A program made the position numbers and the translations under genes. From positions 99,326,001 through 99,390,000 of the forward strand of contig CM052816.1 of assembly GCA_028534125.1 (NCBI GenBank): a stretch of 64,000 nucleotides of DNA, in the 5' to 3' direction. The DNA is from Lama glama. Taxonomy: Eukaryota. Below are positions 13,056-27,302 of this stretch, piece by piece. Below the pieces are notes generated by a model that saw only the letters and a program-made list of their open reading frames with translations, was not told the origin of the DNA and made no database searches. The first letter of the stretch is position 1; every line of letters begins with the position of its first letter.

Positions 13056-14991
13056 CGGTAGTTCTATATTTTTCAGGTATTTCACTTGAACCTTTAACCC
13101 GTTTTTGAGTTGATTGTTGTTTATATTGTGAGACAGATGTCCAATGTCATTCTTGCGCCTGTGGATATCCAGTTTTCCCAACACCATTTATTGAATAGAC
13201 TATTTTGTTCCCATTGCGTGTTCTTGGAACCCTTGTCCAAGTCAGGTGGCTATAATTATGTGAATTTATTTCTGGCATCTGCTCTGTCCCATTGGTCGAC
13301 ATGTCTGTGTTTATGCTAGTACCATACGAAGCTACCTTGTGAAATCAGAAAGGGTGATGCTTCCAGCTTTGTTCTTCTTGCTCAAGATTGCTTTAGCTAC
13401 TTGAGGTCTTTCATGGTCCCATATGAATTTTAGAATTTTTTGTCTATTTCTGTAAATCATGGCATTGGGATTCTTGAAATGGATTGTGTTTAACCTATAG
13501 ACCACTTTGGGTAGCACAGACATTTTAACAATGTGAATTCTTCCCTTCCATAAGCATGGGGTGTGTTTCCATTTATCTGTATTTTTCCAAATTTCCTTCA
13601 TTGATGTTTTATAATTTTTAGTGCCTAGGCCTTTGACCTCTTGGTTAAGCCTATTCCTAATTATTTTATTGCTTTTGTTGCTAAAGTAAATAAAATTAGG
13701 GAAAAAAAGCTTGTTGACATTGGTTTGGGCAACAATTTCTTGGATATGACACCAAATCACTGGCAATAAAAATAAAAATGGACAAGCAGAATTGCATAAA
13801 ACTTAAAAGCTTCTACACATCAAGGGAAAGAACTAAAAGATTTCAAAGGCAGCCTACACAATAGGGGAAAATATTTGCAAATTCTCTCTTTGTCTCTCTC
13901 TCTCTCTTTGGAGTTAATATCCAAAACATAAGAGATTCAACAATTAAACAGCAGAAACAAAACAAAACAAATAACCTGATTAAAAACAGGCCAAGTATCC
14001 AAACAGACATTTCTCAAAAGAAGGCATACAAAATGCCAACAGACACGTGAAGAGATGCTCAACGCTACTAATCATCAGGCAAATACACGTCAAAACCACA
14101 GTGAGATGCCAGCGCACACCTGTGAGAATGGCTGTTACTAAAAACACAAAAGATAACAAGCACTGGTAAGGATGTGGAGAAAAGGGCACTTTGCACACCA
14201 TTGGTGGAACTGTAAATACAGCCATTACAGAAAACTGTATGGGAAAAACGGATTTGATCCAGCAATCCACCTCAAGTTATATACCCAAAGGGAATTAAGT
14301 CAGCGTTTTGAAGAGATATATGCACCCCTCTGTGCATTGAGGCATTATTTACAACAGCCAAGATAGAAAATCAACCTAAATATTTCTAAATGAATGGATG
14401 GATGGATAAAGAAGATTTAGGATAGATAGATTTAGATAGATAGATAGATTAATAGATAATTATTCAGCCTTAAAAAACAGGAGAAATCCTGCCATTTGCA
14501 ATAACATAGGTGAACCTGGAGGGAATTATGCAGAAAGATGAATACTGCATGACCTCACTCAAATGTGGAGTCTAAAATAGCTGAATTCATAGAACCAGAG
14601 GGCAGAACAGTGATTACTAGGGGTGGAAGCTGGGGAAGATGGTGGGGGAGGTTGGTCATAGGGTACAAAGCTGTAGTTGTGTGAATAAGTTCGGGGGATC
14701 TCATGTACAGCATGGCGACTACAGTTAACTATAGGCGATTATAACAAAGAGTAAACAATGTATGATGTACCTGCAGTTTGCTAAGAGAGAGGAGCTTCTA
14801 CGTGTTCTTAACACATACACGCAAAAAAGGAAACTGATTTATTAATTTGCTTGTGATCATCTCACAATGTATATCAAAGCATCTTGCTGTACACCTTAAA
14901 TATACATACATGTATGTACATCCACACACACACACATATATAATTTTGTCAATTATGCCTCAATAAGGCAAAAAATAAAATTTGCAAAGAA
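13056..14991 (+). mobile_element. 5'-truncated, 5'-inverted L1 (L1MA-like)
   Basis: ORF2 segment on the minus strand at 13056-~13680 (WKHTPCLWKGRIHIVKMSVLPK...KKNKAGSITLSDF). ORF2 end, 3'UTR and A-rich tail on the plus strand at ~13690-14991. Degenerate TSD. Confidence 0.9.
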
Positions 14992-17900
14992 AAAATCAGT
15001 GTCTCTTACGGTATAAGAATTGCTGTCTGAGAGAAAGTGTTCTGTACCTTTGCCTTGGAAGATCTCTCTTCTTTAAGCTCCAGTTATCTGAGCTTCACAC
15101 TGTGGACCCATCAGCTGGTATATGGTTGGACCCCTAACCTTCAAGGCCCCAACCAGAAGGCAAGATGAGCAAGAGCTAGGGTTTCAACACAAAGTGGAGA
15201 TGGTTTTCTCCCTCCAGGACTGCAGTGCTTAATTCCATAGGCTGCCTGAGCTGTGGCTGCGATCCCAGCCCAGCTGTCTGTAGCTTCCAGGAAGATGGGT
15301 AAGAAAGCCCTTAATAATGGTATACTGCGTATAGTGAGTAACTACACCTATAGCGTTTTGCACTGCTCATAGTTGTTTGATAAAGTAAATTAAAGGAGAA
15401 TGGATCCCTCGTGATTGCTGAAAAGTAGAATGTAACCTAACCCCCTTACATCCAGAGTCTTCTAATTGCTTATGCATTTCGTCTTTAAAGCTCCATGAAT
15501 TATGTTCTGGGGTCATTTGTTTTTACAGTACAGAATTATCTTTGGAAATGGAAGTCAACAAAAGCAATCCAGGTTGCATTGCAAAGTTCACCACATCATA
15601 TGGGATGAACAATCAAACCAAATGAGCATTTTATGACACGTAGCAAACCCTTCTGTTTTAGAAGTGGGTGGGTAAGGTAAAAAATGCTGCCAACTTGTAC
15701 GAAAACCCAGGTGGCATTATCTCTGGGGTATGATCAGAACTGTAAAAACAAAAGGCACATACTACAATTAGTTCATATGTATATTGCATTTTAAAGGGGG
15801 AAAGGGGAAAATCTAAATCTACTGGAAAACAATGAGCTAACATGAATTCTTTCTAAGATAATACACTAGCATCAAAGAATTTAAGGGAGCAATCGACTCG
15901 ATGTTTATATTAAAGGTTACAACAGCCAAAGTTCATCCATTAACGTTCATTAGCAATATGAGCGCTGACTAATGGGTTATTTAAACATTTTATTCAAAAC
16001 AGTGGGAGTTTGTTAAGTTAAAAGTTGTTTTCCTCCGTAAGAATAAGGTGTGTTCAAAATGTTTATTAACTGTAATGTTTGTACTATTTGTGACAATTGT
16101 ATTCATTGAAAGAATTGCTGTGTTTAAAACCAACCCATTATAGTTTTAAAAACCACAGTGAAGAAACTTAAACAAATGAAGCATTTGTGTGATAGGAGTG
16201 CCCACTTGGTCCAAAAGGCTAGCTCTCTGGTTTTTACCCTTCACACCATGAGATACCAGGCAAACCTCATCACAATGCTTGGTCCTGCAAGACTCCTGGG
16301 GAGAAAGGCAAAAATTATCTTCCAAGTAATGATTCGTGCGACTATCCCCTAACAGCTCAACATAGCATGCTCTGGCTGTAAACGATTTAAAGAGATAGAT
16401 ACGCATGCTCCCAATGCAGTAGAGGATACGCACAGCACACCTGTGAAGGCAGCCGAGTATTAAAACAGGCCTATCCCAGAAGCACTCCTGTGGACTGGGC
16501 ACCCAACCACCGTGTACCCTGCATCATTTTCAGGTGTCCAGGTGCTTCTGTGAAGCTGGGTCTCCCTTCCTATACTTGGAGTGAATTCTGCTTTTAATCA
16601 TGATTGTTTTATACCCCACGTAGTTACTGGTTTTGAAAGAGAAAATTAGGGCTGTTTCAAAGGCTCCAGGTCAGTTGCCTCGGGCACTCCTCACACACAC
16701 TCACACAGTCGCTGCACCCGTGGAGTGCGACGATTAAGGTATTTTGCCAACATCTGAGCTTTGGAAAATCCTTAGAGCAACACCTACGAGACTCATTTGC
16801 TGAGTATGATTGTAATATTACCAGCCCTACCCCATCTCTGACCACTGGGAACTGCATGAAAATAAATTTTTACTTGCCTTTTGATTACTGAGAGAATTAC
16901 AGAAAAAAATACATGAACAAGAACACCATCTGGCTTCAGGCACCAAAAAAATAAAGCTGTCATTCTGAGATTCTCTTAGTGTCTCTGCTGCTGAAAATGA
17001 TCAGCAAGACGAAGATCTCCCCCTTAATAGGAAGCTAAGATGTACTATTTGTAATCATGAACGTCGGCCCTTGGGAGACATGACTGTGTTCAAGCTCCCT
17101 CGTCAGAGGTCCTCACGTGTAACTTAGACGATCAAGGAAGAGAAAGAAGACCAGCCAGGCCTCCTCTTTCATGCTGTGCGATACTCAGAAGTCCAAGTCC
17201 CAGCTGCAGTCCTCTCCTTACTCTGTTTTTTTACCCCTCCCTGAAGCAACTCAGACCTTAGGAGAAACACCGCTATATTCTTCCTCAGTGAATGGTACCA
17301 GCACCCCGTCACCTGCTCAGGCTGACGTTCTAGGAATCATCTTTAATTCTACTCTTTATTCTTCCTCCTCTGGTCCATTATCTAGTTTTGCCAGCCACAC
17401 TGACACAACATATTATTGAACGTGTATTTATCCAATAGTCAACAAAACAGTTAGTTCCTGGGAAACTTCAATAGTGGAGCTAGACTGGAAGATTCTAATC
17501 AGAGACCAAGCCCCTTCCCCAAAGGGAAATTTTCACAAATCTCTCTGCGGAGGCTTCCAGAGGGGGACTGTGGTCAGGAGGAGCCAAGGATGAAGGCCCA
17601 GCTCTGTCCAGCGCAGGGCGTAAAAGCCATCATACCTACAGACGGTTGTAAATTCCGGAGACCCAGAAAATGAACTGCAGTGATTCCCACCAGTTACCCT
17701 CAGGCCTTCAGCAAGTTCTCATGACCCATGATTTCTTATGGGTGAGGAATTAAGGGAGATGCTTACAGACAGGGTGTCGTGCCAAAGTCCCTTTCCTCCA
17801 CGTCATGGGGGGCAGCAGCAGGGCATCAAGAAGGATGTTGCCAAGAGTTCCTGATGTGGACGGACGGCTGCGAGTGTCAGGGAGCGCATGCTCGGTGCAG

Positions 17901-19017
17901 AGTGACCAGTTAATATTCCAGAACAGAGCGGAAACAGCTGTCTGCAAACACGCGCGCACACACACACACACACAATGCACTCACGCTCACGCTCAGGCAC
18001 TCACGCGCACATACACACAGTGTCAGGGAGCGCATGCTGGGGCAGCGTGGCCAAGCGGATGTTGATGTTACCAATGTTTAGGAGGGATAAATCTGTATTT
18101 GCATTTACAGCTGACAGTAAACTCCAGCGCATTGTAAGTGACTGAAGGAAAAATGTTTTCTGTTGTTGGCAAAAATATGGTCATTTACCCCCAGCTGCCT
18201 TGGAAACCATACTTACATCCCTTCTTTTTAAGTCAAAGAAGGACCAGGAAAAAGAGACACTTCTGGCACAAGAGCAGCTTCACCAGGACACCTCCTGGAG
18301 CAGTACTGGTGACGACTCTGATCGTTCTTGTAAACTTCCATAATTTCGGTCTTGCTATCATTCGGACTTTTTACTTCTGGTCTCTGGAAATAGCTTATAA
18401 ATATTCAAGATGGTTGGTGGACTTTGGCTCTGGCTTGTACTTAACCATGTGATTGCCATCTGAGCTTGGTTTTTGATCCACTTAAATGAAGGATAATGGG
18501 CACAGAAGAGGGCCGGGTTGCCCTTGGTGGAAAACTACTGCAATTACCAGGAATCCTTGTAGGGGATAAGAATCTGCCTTGGGTGACAGTGGCTCCTCTG
18601 CAGGGAGGGCTGCGTGCATCCCAGCAGAGCAGCAGTGCACTCCTGTTCCTCCGTCTCAATAATCACCTTGAAAGCATTTTGGTCTTCTATGTGTTTCATG
18701 TCCCTTAGAGTCTCAGATTGTCACTTAGTATTATTTCATTGTGACTTATAGTGAGTCAAAGTCACAAAATGAAAAGTCTCCAGAATACTATTTGTTAGAG
18801 GTTCTATTTGTTTTTGAAGTTTTAATCAATGATTCCATTTGTTACTCTGAGAAGGGAAAACAAAACAAACAATCAAAAGAACCACCATGGTCTCTAAAAC
18901 CAAAGATTGTGGGGAAAAGTGTACCTCATTCTTTCAGCTTGACTAATTTACTTTTCACAAACTATTTTAGAGTACAGGGAATTGAAATCCATTTGCAAGA
19001 AGCATCTAATTGGAAAA

Positions 19018-19070
<53 letters not shown>

Positions 19071-19117
19071 TTATATACATATATATATGTATATATATAT
19101 TTATATACATATATATA
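19018..19117. repeat. (TG)n/(TA)n compound microsatellite
   Basis: Direct reading; includes a duplicated tatttatatacat unit. Confidence 0.95.
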
Positions 19118-20152
19118 TTTAAATTGTTGCTTTATGATTGATATTACATGTGTGAGCATGTGTGTGATAAAATACTTTCTCACTTATCAAATTACAGAGC
19201 AGGACTATTATCCATGTAGAGTCACACAACTATAATAGACTTCTAAGTACATCATTAGGTTTGGGGCAACATGGTTAAACCTATATCTCAATTCAAGAAA
19301 CAAGGATCCATATACTAAGAGATGCTAAAAAAGGGACCTACAGTTAAAACATAATTCATAATATTTTCTAACTAGGAAGAGACATATGCAAAAATATGAA
19401 TGAGACAGATGATAAAAATACAACTCACTTTGATTAATTAACATTATTATATTAATATTACAGAAAACACACACAGGAAGGAGCCCAAAACAAGGCCAAA
19501 AATGTCATTTGTCAGCATTTAGTTTAAGACAATGAGAACCCCATACTTCTTCTCCAATCCCACTGGGAGTCTTCCGTCCACAATATGATCCTAATTGAAT
19601 TTTCCCTGCCTAAATGGAGTTGCCCTGATGTGAACCTGCTTTGAACATGATGACAGGATGGGATGTCGCAGAGCATCAGTTCCTGAGACCTTGGGCCCTC
19701 CTTCTATTACCTCCATTATCTAAACAAATAACCTTGGACAAATCAATTTACATTAATCCATCCTTGTGGTATACAACTCCCTACTCTCCTTCAGAACGTC
19801 TCAATCAAGATTCGAATGGATTTACTTCAATATTTAGCTACGAAAGAGCTAATCCCTTTACTTAAAACCCAAGTCCATTGAACATTATCTTCTTTTCAAA
19901 TTCAAGAAAAGAGAAATATAAATGGGAAATAATAGAGATCATATTGAATTATAACTTCTTTATGTTATACAGAATAGAATTCAGTATGCCTTCAGATATA
20001 TGAAAAAATAAATCAGAGGAGTAAGATTATAGTCTAACTTTGCCATAGACATCCTCTCTCTCTAAAGAAAGTAGACTTTGGGTTTATAGGTACTTTTCTT
20101 GCATTTTCTGATGCTCAAAGCTGAGTATTTGAACAATTCATTAATCTTTGGG

Positions 20153-20640
20153 CATGTGGTTGATTGCATTATTATTCAGAAATATTCACACTTCCATCCC
20201 CTTCAACCTCCATGCCCCATTTATACTGAGCTTTGCTATGTGTTTTGTGCTGGTCTAACACAAAGGATTAACAAGGTGAGTGTTAATATGGTGGACAGAG
20301 AATGCTTCCCCTGTCCTTGGTTTGGTGCCCAGACAATGAGACTCACATGGGCCAAGGGAATATTTCTAGAGGCAATGCAAGAAAATACCATTCATCACAG
20401 GAAAAGCATCCCTTGGGTATTTACCACCACCCCGCCTTCAGCCTGTGCCCAGGAAGAACCTATTTGCTGCAGACCTGAGCCAAACCCAAAGGGAAATGTC
20501 AGGCCTGGCTGATCTACGGAAGAGTCAACAGCTGTGCCAAACCTCTGTAAACTGCTTAGACACATGGGTATGAAGCAATGATTACTGTTTAAGCCAGTGA
20601 GTTTGGGGGAGGGGTGATTACAGGGGAAGAAAAAGCTACT
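20153..20640 (+). mobile_element. Old MLT1 LTR
   Basis: tgtggttgattgcattattattc start; tgtttaagccagtgagtttggggg end motif. Confidence 0.6.
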
Positions 20641-21289
20641 TGATTTGGGGACATACTCTGCACCAATAATCAACGCCGCTTCCTTGTTGCTAGCAGGGCC
20701 CAACTGCGTATCCTCGCGCGTGTTACGCCCACACTCATCATGCGTGGCGGTCAGTGGGAGGAGACTCTGAATGACAAGTCTGAAACAAACCATGTAACTT
20801 TAGGAAAGAGAAATTTTGAGAAATATTTGAACCCATGACTGTCCCCAAACCTGACTTCATCCCCTTTTTGTTAGGTGTTAACTAAGGGAATAAAGCTCCT
20901 ATGGTACAGACAGATGATAATTACAGTTCTTGCCAGGGAGCCCCCAGGACATGATTTAGCATGTGTGAGTCTCACGATCCCGATTCAGGACTGGATGGCT
21001 TCTCAGACATGTGTGGTCGGGTCTTGATTTACTTATTTCTTCAGTAGGGAAGCTCTCTTATCATGCCATGCCGTGTTACACAGCCACACATTCACTCAAA
21101 AGGCAACAAGGTCACACTTTGGCAGACAAAATGGTGGGTAATGCACAGTCCTCCTTTTCAGTGAATTTTTAGCAGAAAAAAGCTAATAGAAATTATGTGG
21201 ATGGGGGACAATAAGCTATAATTTGAATGAGGAATGTACACCACAGCAATAAGACGATTATGAAAATAAGGTCATTGCTGAAGTCTTCT

Positions 21290-21482
21290 TATATACAGGC
21301 ACCCGCTTAAATGTTTTATGTAACCCACCTCACTGAATTGTTTTAAGAACTGTGTAAATTAGACATTATTATACACAATTCACAGGTGAGGCAATAAAAA
21401 CATACAGTTTAGGCGACTAGCTCACGCTCACCAGCTCATAAGTTGCAGATGTGAATTTGAACCAAGATCTGTCTGCTTTAAC
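21290..21482 (-). mobile_element. MIR
   Basis: acaggtgagg...atttgaaccaagatctgtctg core. Confidence 0.65.
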
Positions 21483-21915
21483 CTCATTTTATTCTACCTC
21501 TGATATTTCCTTATAGAATATGATGGAAATGAGGAAGAATCGTGATTATATCTAGTAGGGTGAGCTCAAGCAAAAGTTTATAGGCAATTGTTCATAAAGC
21601 TGATTCCAGGAGAAAGGCCTAAAATTTGACAAAAAGAGGCAGAAAGAGGAAGAAATTAATCATGTTAGTACATCAGAAACACTGAGCTGATAATAGTGGA
21701 AAGGGAAAAATGAAACGATGGGATTGGGCTGGGGAAAGATTTTGATTATGGAAGTGGGTGGCATCTAAAGAAGGTTTTGAATTTTTCCAGTCTTCCCTTG
21801 GGCTGGTCCTGGCATTTCCGTCATAGTATGTGCCACAAACTGGGTGTCACTGTCTCATAGTCAAGTGGTTCTTTTCAGGTCTAATATTTTAAATTTTCTT
21901 CAAAACATTTTGAAA

Positions 21916-21917
<2 letters not shown>

Positions 21918-21948
<31 letters not shown>
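21918..21948. repeat. (TG)n microsatellite
   Basis: Direct reading. Confidence 0.95.
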
Positions 21949-21949
<1 letters not shown>

Positions 21950-24221
21950 CATGTCATTCTCTATTAAAATATTTTCAAGTTCTAGTTTGTTTAGTGATAT
22001 TTTAACTACAGTAACAATAAGATACATTCACTGGGATACGGAATTTTTTTCCAAACTTATAGATAAGTAGTGTATATTTTCCATTATTTCTTCCCTCAGT
22101 GATTATTGTTCATGTTTTCTTATCCATTACATGTGAACCACAGTAGGAGGTGTTCCCAGTGGATGAAGTTTACACTGGTAACTGTCAAGAGTGTGTGCAA
22201 AGTCATCCACCATCTTTACTGCATACTGATTTCTATGATCAAAATGCTAGGGGAGAGTGAGGAACTATGTGTCTTGGTTCTGTGACAGGAAGGAAAGAAG
22301 AACCTGTTTTTCTAGCAACATCATCCCATTTTTATAACCACTCTATAATAAATTCCAAAACGATTTAAGGCAAGGAGTTGGCTCCTGCCTGAATTGATCC
22401 TGAAACCAAGCTTCAACCAAGGGAAGTAGCCCAGGGCAGGTGGGGTGTGCCCGCCAGGACCAGGTCTGGGGCGGGTTGGGTCAGGCTGCCGTGTCACCAG
22501 AGTGACAGTAGGTGGTGGGGGTGGGCTTAAGCTAGATCAGATAGAGCAGTCAGGGACTTGAATGACTGGAGGTACCACAGGCTGCCAGGGAAGGAGACTG
22601 ATCATTTCCCATCATATTCAGCAGACAGGCTGGACTCTGGAGGACTCTGGTCAATGCAAAGAGGAAGGGATGTTGGAAAAGACTTTCTTGAGTTAGTTGA
22701 ATGAAAGGAAAAAAAAAAAAAACCAGATGGGCAGAATTGTTGAGGACAGGCTGGGATTGAGGAATCCCAGAAGCAGCCAAGGACTCGGGATCAGCCTGGA
22801 GTCAGACTGGGATGTGACCGAGTAATCAAAGAGGAGCTGCCTCTACTTCGAGCAGAGCAGGTGCTTGGGAGTGCACAGATGGCCAGCGGCCAGTCCAATG
22901 CCCCTGTCACTCAGAGGAGGACCCCAGCAGGGCACACTGTGAAATTTTTGACAACAATGCTACAAAAAAGAGCATCTGCTTTTTCCTGTTTTTATTTTTA
23001 GGCGACTATCACAAGCGAAGTCTGATAGCAGTACTATCAGATTCACGGCTAAAGCCTGTCTTACCATCTCTATTTCAAATGGAAATTTAATGACATCAGT
23101 AACCAGAGGATTAACTTATTTGGCACAATCACAAGAGGAGCTGCAGATCTAAGAAGGGAAGGACTTTTCTCATTGCTTCAAAATGAGAATAGATACACTT
23201 GAATTGAACTCTCCTGCATATTAACACACAGGATGAGAGTAACTGAATATACAGGCTTCCTTTCTTCAGAGACGCTCACAACACTTCACAGAAACTCAAG
23301 TTCCCTTTATCCTCTCAACAAACCTTCTAAGTAGGCAAATTAGATTACTTCTGAGGCGCTTCAAGACTTTTGCATGTGTGATCGCTTTATCCTCTCAACA
23401 TCTCTAGAAGTCAGAAGCAGAATGCAGGTGACGTGGTGAAGCTCTCTTTTCCCTCTTTGACAGAGAGGGGATTTGAGGAGACAAGATGCTGTGAATCCCT
23501 GCACTTTGCACGTTAATCAGGGAGGAAATCAGAATTAGGAAAGAGATTTCCGACTGCAGGTTCAGACCAAAGAGGCTGTCATCAATATCACTTCAATTTA
23601 AGTTAATTTGTAAAAAAGCACTGTGAAACACGAGGAGGCGTGCTCAACACTGGGTAATAGTTTAACGGCATGAATATAATGAACAAAATCTGCTTTATTC
23701 TCTAACAACATTTGATATGCTCTTCAGTTTTCATGTTTCAGTCACAGGTTTCAGATTAATTGCACTTTTATTATAACAGAGTCATAAAACATAATCCCCC
23801 ATATACAATTTCTAGAAACCTTTCCCAACTGTGTAATATTTTTTAAAATATGGACATAAGTACATATCTGTGACTTTAGTTCAAGGAAAATTCTAATTTC
23901 CCCTATTTTTCCTTAGTTGTTGGATAATAAAATAACATTTTGTAGACATCGTATCTGGCATGTTACATTTTAGACTTATTCTTCAGTTTAAGAGGAAAGC
24001 TTTTTCTTCTGTGTTTTCCTCCATTACTACTTCAAAGTCATGTCTTTGTACTCATACACGTTTATAAGGTACAACCTTTTTCCTTCTTCTCCCCACAGTT
24101 TGCCCCTTTTCTCCCATCCTCGCGTTTGGTGTGTCCCCTCCAACCTGGGTGGACTGTTTCCCTCAGGGATGACAGTGGACCACTGTGACCCCCTCTGGTG
24201 CAGGCTTTGGGGAGCAGCAGG

Positions 24222-24644
24222 TGTTTGAGTTTCCTGTGGCCCTGATAACAAGTGTCACAAAGTGGCTTAGAACAACTTGAATTTATTCTCACTGTTCTAG
24301 AGGCCGGAAGTCTGCAGTCAAGGGCTGCTGATTGGATCCTTCTGGAGGCTCCAGGTCTCCTCCCTTCTGGCGGCTTCTGACCTCCTTGGCCTCCCGTGAC
24401 TTGCAGCTGTGTGCCTCAGGTCTCTGCCCCTCAGCACGTGCAGCCCCCCAGGTGTCTGGGTCTCTACATGTCCTTCTTAGGAGCACACGTTTCCTCTAAT
24501 GTGGGGCTCACCCAAACGCACTATGACCTCCTGCTAACCTGATGTTGTCTGCAAAGACCACATTTCCAAATAAGGTCACATTCACAGGTACCCAGTGATG
24601 GACTTCAGCGCACCTCTTTGTGGGGCACCCTTCGGCCCATAACA
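24222..24644 (-). mobile_element. MLT1 (MLT1C/D-like) LTR
   Basis: tttattctcactgttctagaggccggaagtc and ccaaataaggtcacattcacaggtac...cccataaca. Confidence 0.85.
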
Positions 24645-25970
24645 GAAAGAATGAGAGGGAAAAAAACAGCTTATATGCAGAGGAAAGTCAGCTGATAGCC
24701 CCATAAAATTAAACAGAACAAGCTACATGTTTTCAGAGCATCCCCAAAAGGGAAAGCAAGTTTCCGTCACAGGTGAGCAGAAAGTCTGAAGAAGGAAAAG
24801 CAGACAGACAGGTGGGTTCTAGGAGGGGAATCTTAAATTCAATTGTCTCCAAACGCAAAGTTGTCCTGACTCATCTGCCGGTGACTTTTGGGGAAGTAAC
24901 CTATTCTAAGATCAAATACTGCCCCAGAAAATGCAAGTTAAAGTTCCTGTCTTCCAACTGTCACTCCTACTCTAGTTTTGATGGCATGTTGGTTTTAATA
25001 AATTATCAAGCATTATTTTCAACTACAAACATACCTTATTACTTTTTTAGTTTTTTAATCAATAAATGGTTTTGGACTCCAGCAAAAATGAAGATTCTGA
25101 ACACTGATATTCAGCCTTCATAACATAATGGTTATCTTTAACTTTTACCCCCAAAGGGGGTTCCACTGGGTCTGCCCTGAACAGCGCCACAGAATGACGG
25201 AGAACGCACAGCTGCAACAGATGTTGACAATCCTGTCTCTTGTCCTTAAGCAGAAGCCTGCGGAGAAGTGCTCACAGCTCTGGGACACCTTGCCTTCTCC
25301 TTACATTGCTGCGAATCCTGTCACCATTACCACTGGGTGACCATACAGCAATGGAGAGCTCAGCAATTGATACCAACGTCTTGTTTCTCGTCTCTGTCCT
25401 ATTTTAAATTGCTTGATATTATTTTTGTTAGACTAACAACACAATTTGAAACACAAGTATGTCTCATTCACGCTATAATGCTTTGGCACGCAGATATTTT
25501 ACTGGGTAGTTCTTTGCATAATTCACCAGCTACTGGTGCTGTAATCTAGTCACATGTATCCATTATCTCAGTGACACTAATAGCATCATATCTTAGCTGT
25601 TTTCACAAAGTTTTGTACGTAAAATATTTACTAAAGATGTCATATTTTTACATTCCTGTTTCCATCTATCCAATTTGAACTGTTTTTTTCTTTTTCTTTA
25701 TTATTTTTTCTTTCTTTCTTTTTAAAAAATTTTCTCGAAGCACTTGAGTTCTGCTCCTTGGCAAGCAATTCAACAATCAGAACTCAGCAATCAAAAAATC
25801 AGACAGGGTGTAATTTTTAATGACAAATAATGTTAAATGTGTTCCTAATTTTCCTGCCAGGTTTTTGCTGAGCGCATAACCTTTACATGAACTCACCGCA
25901 TTAATCTGATGGGAAAAAATGTAGCTACTTCGTAAGTGAGATTAAGGGAAACGCTATTAGTGTTCTTCAC

Positions 25971-26163
25971 CACTCTGCTGTGCTTAACTCTCAAACGACG
26001 GAAGGACGCGAGAGGCAGAGGTCAAATTTCAACCTTGTTATTTTTGGAGATAGCTTCCTAGAAGTTCGCCCAGTTGCTCTGTGCTGTTGAGATGGGACAA
26101 CCAACACTGCGGCAGCACGGCCCCAGGGGTGGCCGTCAGTTGCCTCCTTAACTGTCGTCTGTC
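25971..26163 (-). pseudogene. Pseudo-exon C
   Basis: cacag|GAC acceptor and G|GTGAAG donor, 193 bp. Reads DRRQLRRQLTATPGAVLPQCWLSHL...NLTSASRVLPSFES*AQQS (cf. EIRANLVEACCKVATAVLQRL...YLSTAVYVFQHFKRYDNL). Three in-frame stops. Confidence 0.55.
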
Positions 26164-27302
26164 CTGTGAGTGGTTTGGGTGCCCAGGAGGAGACGGAAGA
26201 GCCTGAATTTGCTGGTGAGTGAATGTGTCGTCACTGGTTCAGTGGAGACTTTTGTTTTTTATTGTAAAGCAGATATCAATTTAAATAATTTAGGTTAAAA
26301 TTACACTTTAATATCTGCCAACAATTCTTTATTTCCTGGGAGTTTTCTTAGGAAATGGTCCATCAGCGTTTCCCTGTGTTAGTAAGCATCACCCGGTGAT
26401 ACTGGGACTGGTTCCAGGCCGAGTGTATTTCCTGGAGGGGGTGCTGCCTCTGATCTTCATCAGGTGCCCCAGACACTGCGAGCATCCTCTTTAACTGATG
26501 CAAAACACCATAAACATGGCCAAGAACAGGTTGTGCATTGGTTACGTTTCTGACTGCATTCCGATCATGCCAGTGATGAGAAAACCTAAGAATTTAAGAT
26601 GGAAAACTTTGAACCTCAACAAAAATGATAAAGAAGGAGAAAGGGGAAGACTCATGTATCACCTTCCCATTTGGAATAAGCAGATTCTGTGCCTGATCTT
26701 ATCTGACAAGACTGCAACTGTTAGATAAACTTTAAGAACCTTTACTTAGGGCTCCTTGCACTGATTAAAAAAAAATGTCCAAATTTGATAAAAACATGAT
26801 GGCCAACAAAATTGACAAGAGCACCTGGAGAAAGTTTTAGTTCCCCCCTGAAGGCACATGGATTCAATGTCAGAGGGCAGATGAAGCTTGGGAGAATCAA
26901 GAGGATGCCGAGAAAAGAAAGGCATCCCCGCTGGGCCCCCTCCTCTGCGTGGTGCCGGCTGCCCGCCAGGTCTGTGCGGGCGGGCCGCGCCGCCTTCGCT
27001 TCGCCGTCCGCGGGCCCGGCCCCGGCGGCTCCCAGGGGCGCCTCGCCCACGAGCGCTGCCCTGGCGGAAGTCACAGGCCCGCCGGCTCCCGGACGGCTGC
27101 GCGCGGTGACCCGCCTGCGGCCGCCGTCTGCGCCCCGCGCCTCAAGAGCTCCTCGAGCGTCCGCTCTGCGTCTGGTCGCGAGCCCCGCCATCAACCATGA
27201 GGGAATGAGGGAAAAAGACCAAAACACAGGCCCACGCAGAACACAGGCCGCTCTCCTGAGACAGAAAATGAGCGCCACAAAGCAGGAAAACCCACGTCAC
27301 AC

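Noticed and set aside
18741..19235. 164-aa ORF
   Set aside because: Extended by a (TG)/(TA) microsatellite; not protein-like.
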